From contig JAVYLQ010000020.1 of the NCBI GenBank assembly GCA_038740615.1, forward strand, positions 1 to 10,142: DNA of 10,142 nucleotides, in the 5' to 3' direction. Under the pieces are notes generated by a model. It was not told the DNA's origin. It made no database searches and saw nothing but the letters and a program-made list of their open reading frames with translations. This stretch comes from Candidatus Anstonellales archaeon (GTDB lineage: Archaea > Micrarchaeota > Micrarchaeia > Anstonellales > J096). Positions within the stretch are counted from its first letter, which is position 1, and every line of letters begins with the position of its first letter. A program made the position numbers and the translations under genes. This document shows, in pieces, positions 1 through 7,908 of this stretch.

Positions 1-46
1 AGATTGGGGTTGTAATTAGGACTAACAACAATATTAACCAAATCAT
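1..46 (-). CDS. 5' end of a putative secreted or membrane protein (runs off the left edge of the window)
   Basis: Not in the ORF track. ATG at 46 on the minus strand reads MIWLILLLVLITTPI..., a signal-peptide-like hydrophobic stretch open to the window edge. TTTAAA at 71-76 lies 25 nt upstream, the same spacing seen for other genes here. Confidence 0.6.
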   Translation of the reverse strand, partial: MIWLILLLVLITTPI

Positions 47-70
47 TAAGTATACTTACTAACCTTTATT

Positions 71-76
71 TTTAAA
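71..76 (-). promoter_or_regulatory. Putative archaeal TATA box for the gene starting at 46
   Basis: TTTAAA preceded on the minus strand by purine-rich AGTAAAGA (BRE-like), 25 nt from the ATG. Confidence 0.5.
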
Positions 77-82
77 TCTTTA

Positions 83-973
83 CTACAGCTCCACAGGTTC
101 TCCAGGGACTCTAGGGAATGGTTGCACATCTTTCACATGTGGAACATCCGCAATCCATCTAACAAATCTCTCTATTCCCAATCCTGCACCTGCAGAAGGT
201 CTTAATCTATTGTCTTTAGCCAGTTCTAATAGCTTTGAGTATTTACTTTTATCAACTCCGGCACTGTCCATCTTTTTCACTAGAACTTCATATCTGTATT
301 CTCTCTGACCTCCAGACAGTATTTCTCCATACTTTGGTACATATAGATCGTAGTTATGCCAAACTCCATATTCATCTTCCATATCGTAAAAGTATCTTGG
401 AATATCAATCACCCAAACCGGCTCTTTTATTGATTCAGCAAATTCCTTTTCCCAATTCTCCCCGTATTTGTCCAATAGGTCTATGTATCTGTATGTTTTG
501 AACGGTGCTTTAGGTACCCTAAACGATGACCCAAGAGCCTTTAGCTCCAGATTCATATCAATTCTTATATACCTTAGAGAATTTACTATCATACTCTCTA
601 TCATTTTCCTAGCTTCATTTTCATCAGCATTAGCTATTTCAAAATCTAGCTGAGTAAATTCAAATAGATGATTACCAGTTGAAGCTCTTTCTGGTTTCTC
701 TATTCTTATATTAGGTGAAAGAATAAATATTCTATCTAATCCCTGAGAGATGAGATATTGTTTCTGGACAATCATACTCTGTGTTAAGGTTAGCTTCTGG
801 CCATATACCTCTACATCTAAACTCTCCTGGACAGAACCAGATGGATCTGGGTAGAGCGGATCTGTAGATTTGGATAGGATCACAGGTAATATCCAGATGA
901 ATCCATTCTTGTACATAAAATTAGTTAATCTGTTTAACACATATGATTGTATTTGTAGTATTTCCTTTCTCAT
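83..973 (-). CDS. asnA: Archaeal-type asparagine synthetase A (ammonia-dependent; AspRS/AsnRS catalytic-core paralog lacking the anticodon-binding domain)
   Basis: 296 aa. Class II aaRS-like motifs: LTQSMIVQKQ, SPNIRIEK...HLFEFTQLDFE (motif 2), GEILSGGQRE, PSAGAGLGIERFVRWI...PFPRVPG (motif 3). No N-terminal OB-fold. Confidence 0.9.
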   Translation of the reverse strand: MRKEILQIQSYVLNRLTNFMYKNGFIWILPVILSKSTDPLYPDPSGSVQESLDVEVYGQKLTLTQSMIVQKQYLISQGLDRIFILSPNIRIEKPERASTGNHLFEFTQLDFEIANADENEARKMIESMIVNSLRYIRIDMNLELKALGSSFRVPKAPFKTYRYIDLLDKYGENWEKEFAESIKEPVWVIDIPRYFYDMEDEYGVWHNYDLYVPKYGEILSGGQREYRYEVLVKKMDSAGVDKSKYSKLLELAKDNRLRPSAGAGLGIERFVRWIADVPHVKDVQPFPRVPGEPVEL

Positions 974-1026
974 AAATGTTTTATAATAGATATAGTTTTA
1001 AAAAAGTTTGAGCTCTATTCATAAAT
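974..1026. promoter_or_regulatory. Divergent promoter region with central TTTAAA (997-1002), shared by asnA and the pilin-like gene
   Basis: 53-bp gap. TTTAAA is 24 nt from the ATG at 973 and 25 nt from the GTG at 1027. Confidence 0.6.
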
Positions 1027-1359
1027 GTGAGAGCTCAATTAACTCTTGAAACAGTAATCATATATGGGTTGCAATCTATGGTTGTGATAATGGTTTTAGG
1101 TAGTATATTAATGATAAATCAGATGGCTATTTATGCAATAGATCGACATAACACTCTCAAGGAAAGAGCTTTTCTCAGAGATTTAGTATCAGAGATATGT
1201 GTTATTGGTGATGGAATGAGATATAGTGTGTATATAAAATATGATCACAATTTATCTGGAAGAGACATGGGTTGTTGGGGAGGGGATCTAAAATTAAAAG
1301 GAGGTTATAAATATACTATAGAAAATATTAATGGTTATATCTTAGCTAGACCTGATTAG
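1027..1359 (+). CDS. Class III signal peptide (type IV prepilin-like) protein
   Basis: GTG start. N-terminus MRA|QLTLE followed by a hydrophobic helix (TVIIYGLQSMVVIMVLGSILMI) matches the archaeal [KR][GA]-Q-x-[ST]-x-E prepilin pattern. The small C-terminal domain has two Cys. Confidence 0.7.
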   Translation: MRAQLTLETVIIYGLQSMVVIMVLGSILMINQMAIYAIDRHNTLKERAFLRDLVSEICVIGDGMRYSVYIKYDHNLSGRDMGCWGGDLKLKGGYKYTIENINGYILARPD

Positions 1360-2174
1360 TTGATGTATTGAGATATTATATCATATGTTTTCTCATCCAC
1401 ATCCATTACCTTATTTATAAACCCTCCTATTAACATTCCGATACTCTCTTTCCTACTGATTCCTCTAGTTTCCAGGTAGAATAACATCTCTTCAGGTAGC
1501 TTTGATATCGTTGCAGAGTGACTAGCTTTAACCATATTATTCTCTATCTTAAGAGCAGGAAAGGCGAATGCATTAGCACTATCTTGTAATAGCATTATAT
1601 GTTGATCTAGAAACGATTCGGATTGAGTAGCATTCTTAGAGATATTTATCATTCCATCTAATCTAATATAAGACTGATCATTAACAATTCCCCTATAGTG
1701 AGAGTAGGATTTTGTATTACTCTCCAGATGATTCAGATTTGATGTGTAGTATGCTAGTTGATCAGATCTAGTAAATCCTATTCCCCTATCATCAGCACTA
1801 GCATTCTGGAATAGATTGATATCATGTTTCACATTCAGATAACCTCCAATACCTATAGTTCTTAGCTCCAGCTTACCCTTAACATTGAATTCTCTGTGTA
1901 CAAGTGCAAACTTCTCTGGTTGAATTATAGAATATACTTTGAAATCTCCCTCTACTATATAGGTTTCATAGCTGAAATTCTCTCCATAATACAGATACAA
2001 TTCTCCTCTTCCCAGGAGTCGATATATAATTCTATTATTTCCCTCATAATATCTCCTGTGCACTTCATCTTTGAGAACGAATTCGTAAGCTTCTCCGTAT
2101 TTTTCTACATATTCTTGAGGATTTTTCATTTCTCCTAGCTTGTATCTGAATCTATTAAAATACTGATCTATCAT
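1356..2174 (-). CDS. sufD: Fe-S cluster assembly protein SufD (short form)
   Basis: C-terminal SufBD beta-helix motifs: HYRGIVNDQS, GMINISKNATQSESFLDQHIMLL, AFAFPALKIENNMVKASHSATI, LFYLETRGI. ATGA overlap with the sufB stop. GGAGG at 2185-2189 upstream. Confidence 0.85.
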   Translation of the reverse strand: MIDQYFNRFRYKLGEMKNPQEYVEKYGEAYEFVLKDEVHRRYYEGNNRIIYRLLGRGELYLYYGENFSYETYIVEGDFKVYSIIQPEKFALVHREFNVKGKLELRTIGIGGYLNVKHDINLFQNASADDRGIGFTRSDQLAYYTSNLNHLESNTKSYSHYRGIVNDQSYIRLDGMINISKNATQSESFLDQHIMLLQDSANAFAFPALKIENNMVKASHSATISKLPEEMLFYLETRGISRKESIGMLIGGFINKVMDVDEKTYDIISQYIN

Positions 2175-3514
2175 CCTACAGATCCCTCCATCTCAAGCAT
2201 TATCAATCTATTCAATTCTACAGCATATTCTAGTGGAATTTCCTTAACAAATTCTTCAATGAACCCAAGTACGATCATTGTCTTGGCCTCATCCTCATTA
2301 AATCCTCTCGACATGAGATAGAATAGCTGTTCTTCCTCTATTTTACCTACAGTAGCCTCATGTGTCATATGAATATTTTTCTCATGAACATCTATATATG
2401 GATAGGTATCCGTTCTGCTAATCTCATCTAGTAGCAGAGCATCGCAGGATACAGAGATTTTACTACCAATTGCTCCTTTAGCAACTCTTATCCATCCTCT
2501 ATACTTAGTAGTCCCTCCTTCCATAGAGATGCTCTTAGAGATTATTGTAGAGCTAGTATTTGGTGCAAGATGTATTGCCTTACCCCCACTGTCTATCACT
2601 TGCCCTCGTCCAGCTGAAGCTATAGATAGGATCTTAGCTCTAGCCCCCTTTCCCTTGAGATATATGGCAGGGTATTTGTAAGTATATTTAGATCCAAGAT
2701 TACCATCCAACCATTCAACATAGGAATTCTCATGAGCTATTGCTCTTTTAGTTACCAGATTGTATACATTCTTACTCCAATTCTGAACTGTTGTATATCT
2801 AACTCGAGAGTTCTCAAGAGCAAATACCTCAACTACAGCTGCATGCAGAGAATCTTTGCTATATATAGGTGCAGAGCATCCTTCTATATAGGATACCTCT
2901 GATTCGGGTTCAGCTATGATCAGAGTTCTCTCAAACTGACCCATAGATTGATTCTGAATTCTAAAGTATGCTTGTAGAGGTTTATCTACTTTTACTCCTC
3001 TAGGAACATACACAAACGATCCACCACTCCAGAATGCAGTATTGAGAGCAGCAAATTTATTATCGTTAATAGGAACTAATGTTGCAAAATATCTCTTAAC
3101 TATTTCAGGATATTTCTTTAAGGCATCATCCATACTCAAGAATACAACTCCCAATCTTTCCAAATAAGCATTAATCTTCTCATACAGTACATTACTCTCA
3201 TATTGTGCTGTAACTCCTGCAAGTGAATTCCGTTCTGCTTCTGGTATCTTTAACTCTTCATAAATCTTTCTAATCTCTGGAGGTAATTCATTCCAATCTC
3301 TTGTCTGTTTTACCTTAGGTTTGAAATAGTAAATTATCTCATCATAATTAATCTCATCCAGCTCAACCCATTTAGGTAACTCTAGCTTCTGAAACCATCT
3401 GAAAGCTTTCAATCTCGTATCCAACATCCATTCTGGTTCTCCTTTCTCCTTACTTATATATTTTATTGCATCCTCACTGATTCCTCTATCCCATATGGCT
3501 TCTGCATCTATCAT
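2171..3514 (-). CDS. sufB: Fe-S cluster assembly scaffold SufB
   Basis: Hallmarks: EPEWMLDTRLKA, AQYES, FAALNTAFWSGGSFVYVP, GQFERTLII, YIEGCSAP, LHAAVVE, YTTVQNW, CDALL, DTYPY, HEATVGKI, LFYLMSRG, PLEYAVELNRLI, EGSVG end. Uninterrupted, with no intein. Confidence 0.97.
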   Translation of the reverse strand: MIDAEAIWDRGISEDAIKYISKEKGEPEWMLDTRLKAFRWFQKLELPKWVELDEINYDEIIYYFKPKVKQTRDWNELPPEIRKIYEELKIPEAERNSLAGVTAQYESNVLYEKINAYLERLGVVFLSMDDALKKYPEIVKRYFATLVPINDNKFAALNTAFWSGGSFVYVPRGVKVDKPLQAYFRIQNQSMGQFERTLIIAEPESEVSYIEGCSAPIYSKDSLHAAVVEVFALENSRVRYTTVQNWSKNVYNLVTKRAIAHENSYVEWLDGNLGSKYTYKYPAIYLKGKGARAKILSIASAGRGQVIDSGGKAIHLAPNTSSTIISKSISMEGGTTKYRGWIRVAKGAIGSKISVSCDALLLDEISRTDTYPYIDVHEKNIHMTHEATVGKIEEEQLFYLMSRGFNEDEAKTMIVLGFIEEFVKEIPLEYAVELNRLIMLEMEGSVG

Positions 3515-4113
3515 GATCCAAACACCCGATCCACAACATTAAGCAAATTCTCTCTATCGTACAGAGAAGTACAATATACCAATCCTATAAGCTCTCTTTC
3601 CTGCACTCTCCCAAATATTGATGTCCCCTTGAGAATCCAAAATACTTTGCCTGTAGAAATATATTTATTATATATCTCCTTAAACTTCTCTTTGTGGAAT
3701 CTCTGACAATGTGGGCAGAGAGGACTGGAGAATTCTACAACCCACACAGGAGCATTTGGATCTCCGAACACAATATCATCATACTCGTACAGTTCTCTTA
3801 TGGGTTCTCCTTCAGGATTCTGAATTGCATTTTCAAAAACCACCATGTTCTGATTACCAACTATTTTACCCTCATTAATCAGGAATGAAGGTGTTCCGGA
3901 AATACCGTATTTGCTAGCCTGTTCAAGTACTCTTCTAAGATATTGATTGAATTGAGAACTATTGATACAACTCTGATATTTTGTATCTTCGTTATTTATG
4001 ACAGAATTCAACCTATTCTGAGCTACATTATTAGATAGAATTTCTGCTGCTATTAATATAAAGGCTATTGTAAAAATTACTCCTAGGGCAATATAAACCG
4101 GATGCAATTGCAT
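3511..4113 (-). CDS. Membrane-anchored DsbA-family thiol-disulfide oxidoreductase, circularly permuted
   Basis: Likely start is the ATG at 4113 (MQLHPVY..., 200 aa), because the ORF-track start at 4152 overlaps the promoter. N-terminal TM helix, then GISGTPSFLIN (GTP at 3889-3897), which precedes GDPNAPVWVVEFSSPLCPHC (CPHC at 3706-3717) and YISTGKV. Confidence 0.85.
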   Translation of the reverse strand: MQLHPVYIALGVIFTIAFILIAAEILSNNVAQNRLNSVINNEDTKYQSCINSSQFNQYLRRVLEQASKYGISGTPSFLINEGKIVGNQNMVVFENAIQNPEGEPIRELYEYDDIVFGDPNAPVWVVEFSSPLCPHCQRFHKEKFKEIYNKYISTGKVFWILKGTSIFGRVQERELIGLVYCTSLYDRENLLNVVDRVFGS

Positions 4114-4167
4114 GATGTATAGATAGAATATAAACAATTTAAAGATATGCATGTTTTTATAACATCT
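4114..4167. promoter_or_regulatory. Divergent promoter region with central TTTAAA (4138-4143), shared by the dsbA-like-sufBD operon and top6A
   Basis: 54-bp gap. TTTAAA is exactly 25 nt from both ATGs (4113 and 4168). Confidence 0.65.
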
Positions 4168-5256
4168 ATGAAAAACATTGCCAGAGAGAAGTTGATTGAA
4201 TTGGGAAAGAGATTAGCAGAACAGATAAAGAATAAACAGAACCCATATTTTGAAACGATCGTTAGATCTAAATCAAACATTATCTCTAACCAGGGTTTTC
4301 TTGAACTTGGTGATAAGAAAGAGAGGAGAGAATTCGTCAATATCGCTCAAGCTAAGACCTTTATGCAAACCATAGCTGTGGCGAACAAACTCAAGAAATT
4401 TCTAGATGAAGATTTACATACCAGTATCAGAGGTTTATACTATCAATTAAAATACAGTTTGGGTGAGGATGTTGATGAGAATCTATTTGATGAGCAATCT
4501 GAGAGTAACGAGCTAATAGAAGATCTGGAAGTGGCTCTGAATGTTAAAAGGGAGGATTTCAATTTAACCACAGATAGGAAGGGAGTACTAGCAGGACCTA
4601 TAAAGATTCTGGATAAGTTCAAAGGTGAGGAGATCGTGATAGATGGGACAAAAATGGGTAGAAGTGGGTGGATGATCCCTTCAGATGTGGATAATAATAT
4701 GGAGATAATTGAGGTAGATGCGGATTACGTATTGGTTGTGGAGAAAGATGCATTGTGGCAAAGATTGAACGAAGACAGATTCTGGCAGAAGAATAGAGCG
4801 ATACTAATAACTCCTAAAGGTCAATCCTCCAGAGGAACCAGAAGGTTATTGAGAAAGCTTGCTGATATGGGATTGCCAATATATGTATTTACAGATTGTG
4901 ATGCTTGGGGATGGTATATATATTGGACTCTGAAGACTGGTAGTATAAATCTAGCTTATTTAGGTAAAGAATTCACTGTACCTGAGGCAAAGTTTATAGG
5001 GGTAACTATGAGTGATATAGATAAGTTTCCATTCCTAAAGAAATTAACAATAAATGCGAAAGAGATAGATTTGAAGAGAGCTGAAGAATTATTAAGTTAT
5101 GATTGGATTAGGAGATATCCACAATGGGTTGATGAGTTGAACAAAGTTCTGAAATCTAAGAAGAAGCTGGAACAGGATGCACTGCAGGGAGAGAGGTTAA
5201 CATTCGTAGGGGATTATATAAAAATAAAAATAGAAACAGGTGATCTGTTACCTTAG
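4168..5256 (+). CDS. top6A: DNA topoisomerase VI subunit A (Spo11-like)
   Basis: FMQT, SIRGLYY (catalytic Tyr region), FDEQSESNELIEDLE, TOPRIM motifs VVEKDA, KGQSSRGTRR, FTDCDAWGWYI, and KLEQDAL. Start placed at ATG 4168 (MKNIARE) from the promoter spacing; the ORF track begins at 4147. Confidence 0.95.
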   Translation: MKNIAREKLIELGKRLAEQIKNKQNPYFETIVRSKSNIISNQGFLELGDKKERREFVNIAQAKTFMQTIAVANKLKKFLDEDLHTSIRGLYYQLKYSLGEDVDENLFDEQSESNELIEDLEVALNVKREDFNLTTDRKGVLAGPIKILDKFKGEEIVIDGTKMGRSGWMIPSDVDNNMEIIEVDADYVLVVEKDALWQRLNEDRFWQKNRAILITPKGQSSRGTRRLLRKLADMGLPIYVFTDCDAWGWYIYWTLKTGSINLAYLGKEFTVPEAKFIGVTMSDIDKFPFLKKLTINAKEIDLKRAEELLSYDWIRRYPQWVDELNKVLKSKKKLEQDALQGERLTFVGDYIKIKIETGDLLP

Positions 5257-6107
5257 ATCTTCAGACGTTCTAATATTCTAGAGATGTCTCCAGATTTTGG
5301 AATTCCGGCCAATTTCCCCACTCTGCTCATAACCTCCTCATCCAGAGTAACTGATCTATTCTTATATATTATCCCCAAAGGAATTCTCTCCCAATTGGTA
5401 TTGTATGGTTCATTTGCCTTCTCCCAGGCCTGATTATAATCCTCTGGATTGTGATCTGTTATATAAACTCTCTTCTGGTACCATTCATATCCATTTATAT
5501 AGTTCCAAGTGATACATGGTTGATATATGTTTACAAAGCTAAACCCCTTGTGATTTATTGCATCTATTATTAGTTGAGATAGATGTTTTACATTTCCTGC
5601 ATATCCGGCAGCTACAAAACTGGCACGTTGTGATACCAATAGAGGGATCTGCTTAACAGGTTCTATAGGAGTCCCATCTGGATAGGTTTTGCTCTTAAAA
5701 CCTTTATGGGATGTGGGACTACTCTGACCTGTAGTTAATCCATAGACTTGATTATCCTGTACCAAATACGTAATATCCACGTTATATCTGGAAAAGTGGA
5801 GTAGATGGTTTCCTCCTTCAGATAGACCATCTCCATCTCCGCCTATTGCAATAACAGTAAGATCTGGGTTAGCTATTTTTATTCCCAAGGCCAGAGGCAA
5901 TAATCTACCATGTAATCCCTCATAGCCATAGGTTCTTATGTAGTGAGGAGTCTTACCACCGCAACCTATTCCAGAAACTATCACTACTTCGCTAGGATCC
6001 CTGTCCAGATTAACTAATGCACTCTTTATAGCCATTAGTATTCCAAAATCCCCACAGCCAGGACACCACTGAGGTTTCTCGTTTGTATTTATATAAGATA
6101 TATTCAT
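5253..6107 (-). CDS. korB: 2-oxoacid:ferredoxin oxidoreductase beta subunit (TPP-binding; substrate undetermined)
   Basis: WCPGCGDFG, SGIGC, LHGR, GGDGD...DNQVYGLTTGQ (TPP motif) and QPCIT. Start at ATG 6107, preceded by AGGTGAG (6111-6117). Confidence 0.93.
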   Translation of the reverse strand: MNISYINTNEKPQWCPGCGDFGILMAIKSALVNLDRDPSEVVIVSGIGCGGKTPHYIRTYGYEGLHGRLLPLALGIKIANPDLTVIAIGGDGDGLSEGGNHLLHFSRYNVDITYLVQDNQVYGLTTGQSSPTSHKGFKSKTYPDGTPIEPVKQIPLLVSQRASFVAAGYAGNVKHLSQLIIDAINHKGFSFVNIYQPCITWNYINGYEWYQKRVYITDHNPEDYNQAWEKANEPYNTNWERIPLGIIYKNRSVTLDEEVMSRVGKLAGIPKSGDISRILERLKI

Positions 6108-6110
6108 AAT

Positions 6111-6117
6111 CTCACCT
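6111..6117 (-). promoter_or_regulatory. Shine-Dalgarno site AGGTGAG for the OFOR beta gene
   Basis: GGTGA core immediately upstream of ATG 6107, overlapping the alpha-subunit stop codon. Confidence 0.6.
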
Positions 6118-7861
6118 AATACCTCCAAGGTGTATATAATTCGTAAGTATCAAAATCCTCATCTATCACTTCTATCCCCTTATAATCTTTCTCTTGTAAT
6201 CTATCTAGAGCATCTAATATTTGATGAGGGAAGAATTGTCTGCCAGTGTATTTGATAATGTTAAAATCTGCTTTAACATCTACGAACATTCTCAAGAATC
6301 TGTAAAACGCCATATTTGAATTATTCTCTATAAACCCTATAGTTCTGTAACGTTTCAAAATCTGTTCTGTATATTGAATATCTATAGGATATAGCCAGCT
6401 GAAATGAATCAAATCAAAATCAATCTCCCTGAATACCTCTAGCATAGGTAATAATTGACTTCCCCAGCAGACTATTGCCTTATCAGCTTTTTTTGTATAT
6501 ACATCTGGTTTAGGATTCTCATTTTCAATAATAGTTTCTATCTTTCTAGCTCGCTTCTCAACCTGTCTCTTTCTCTCTGAGAAATTCTCTGTGGTAAAGC
6601 TATCCTGCATGTGTTCGTAGCTAGAGGCAATATGCATACCATTCTTTACTCCAGGTACAGGCATAGATGATATCCCATCATCTTCTAATTTATACCTCAA
6701 GAATCTCTGACCAACACTCAATTCTTCAGGTATATCTTCATATATGATCTTCCCCGTCTCCACAGGAATTGATGGAAATTGTGATACGGAGAAATAACTC
6801 TCAGATAGGAATTTATCCGATAGTACAAATACAGGTAATTGGTATTTCTGAGCTAGGTTGAATGCATTTCCCATGTATCTATAAGCCTGTTCAACATTAC
6901 CTGGAGCCAGAATTATCTTTGGAAAATCTCCCTGTCCAGCACCCCAGATCTGGAATAGATCTGCTTGCTCCGTCCATGTAGGCATACCAGTAGAGGGTCC
7001 TACTCTCTGAGATATGAAGAATACTATGGGAGTTTCTGCAATACCAGCCATACTAACAGTTTCTGTCATTAGTGCAAAACCCCCTCCGCTAGTACCTGTT
7101 AGAGCTCTAACTCCAGCATAGTTAGCACCAATAGCTATATTTGCTGCAGCAATCTCATCTTCAGCTTGTATCACGTATATCTTTGCCAGATCTTTAACAT
7201 TTATAAGAAAATGGAAAAGACTGGATGCTGGGGTCATTGGATAGAATGATGCTATTTTCATCCCTCCGGCAATCGCCCCCAATCCAAAAGCCTCATTTCC
7301 ACTGACAACTACCTTTTCTGTATCTATCCTCTTTACACTTAGATCCGTTCTATAATCTTTAGAGAGATCATAGCCTATTTGAACAGCTTTAAGATTGCTC
7401 TCCAAGATATCTTTGCTCTTATTACCAAACATGTTTACAATGGCCCTGTCCACATAATCTTTAGGATAATTCAGAATTCCTAGTAGCACAGAAGTTATTA
7501 ATATATTCTTAACTTTCGGATTGAGATTGTGCTGTTGTATTAGAGAATTGATCGGGACTTTTATACCATTATCAATTGATTCATCTCCTATTACAATAGA
7601 ATCTTCATGCAAACTACTCTTTAGGAATTTGTATCCATCTTTCCCTATGCTAAGTAGAATATCTGTTCTGTGTACTGGAGAATGTATTTCTCTATCAGAA
7701 ATTCTAACATGAATTACATTCAAACCTCCTTTTATCAGAGATGGATACTCTGGATATGCAATCACATTGTAACCTAATTTTGCAAACAGTTTAGCTAACA
7801 AACTACCAATTGAAAATGCACCTTCCCCAGCTAGTGCTGCAACCTTTATATTCAGATCCAT
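6116..7861 (-). CDS. korA: 2-oxoacid:ferredoxin oxidoreductase alpha subunit (gamma-alpha fused, two-subunit type; substrate undetermined)
   Basis: N-terminal gamma-like domain (AGEG, YPSLIKGG), then SGNEA, FYPMTPAS, QAEDEIAA, TSGGGFALM, QRVGPSTGMPT. 581 aa. Confidence 0.94.
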   Translation of the reverse strand: MDLNIKVAALAGEGAFSIGSLLAKLFAKLGYNVIAYPEYPSLIKGGLNVIHVRISDREIHSPVHRTDILLSIGKDGYKFLKSSLHEDSIVIGDESIDNGIKVPINSLIQQHNLNPKVKNILITSVLLGILNYPKDYVDRAIVNMFGNKSKDILESNLKAVQIGYDLSKDYRTDLSVKRIDTEKVVVSGNEAFGLGAIAGGMKIASFYPMTPASSLFHFLINVKDLAKIYVIQAEDEIAAANIAIGANYAGVRALTGTSGGGFALMTETVSMAGIAETPIVFFISQRVGPSTGMPTWTEQADLFQIWGAGQGDFPKIILAPGNVEQAYRYMGNAFNLAQKYQLPVFVLSDKFLSESYFSVSQFPSIPVETGKIIYEDIPEELSVGQRFLRYKLEDDGISSMPVPGVKNGMHIASSYEHMQDSFTTENFSERKRQVEKRARKIETIIENENPKPDVYTKKADKAIVCWGSQLLPMLEVFREIDFDLIHFSWLYPIDIQYTEQILKRYRTIGFIENNSNMAFYRFLRMFVDVKADFNIIKYTGRQFFPHQILDALDRLQEKDYKGIEVIDEDFDTYELYTPWRY

Positions 7862-7883
7862 GTTTCATAAACATTACATCAAA

Positions 7884-7889
7884 TTTAAA
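7884..7889 (-). promoter_or_regulatory. Putative TATA box for the OFOR alpha-beta operon
   Basis: TTTAAA 23 nt upstream of ATG 7861, within a 47-bp gap. Confidence 0.5.
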
Positions 7890-7908
7890 AATTAATTATC
7901 AGAAAAAT

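Noticed and set aside
235..653. Plus-strand ORFs 235-501 and 468-653
   Set aside because: Antisense shadows within asnA, with no motifs and atypical composition.
1896..2138. Plus-strand 80-aa hydrophobic ORF
   Set aside because: Antisense to sufD. Its Ile/Phe richness is the expected mirror of an AT-rich coding strand.
2171..3514. Possible intein in SufB, a known intein host
   Set aside because: The 447-aa protein is continuous through YIEGCSAP and the other motifs, with no insertion or splicing motifs.
3511..4113. Interpreting the dsbA-like gene as a pseudogene or broken fusion
   Set aside because: It is a single open frame retaining the TM anchor, CPHC, the GTP loop and both extra Cys, with a promoter and coupling to sufB. 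A functional permutation fits better, though this is unproven.
3694..4340. ORFs 3694-3888 (+) and 4083-4340 (-)
   Set aside because: They overlap the dsbA-like gene and top6A in antisense or alternative frames and have no recognisable features.
7901..7908. Oligo-T tract (ATTTTTCT, minus strand) just after the rhodanese stop as a terminator
   Set aside because: Plausible, but too short to distinguish from background in AT-rich DNA.
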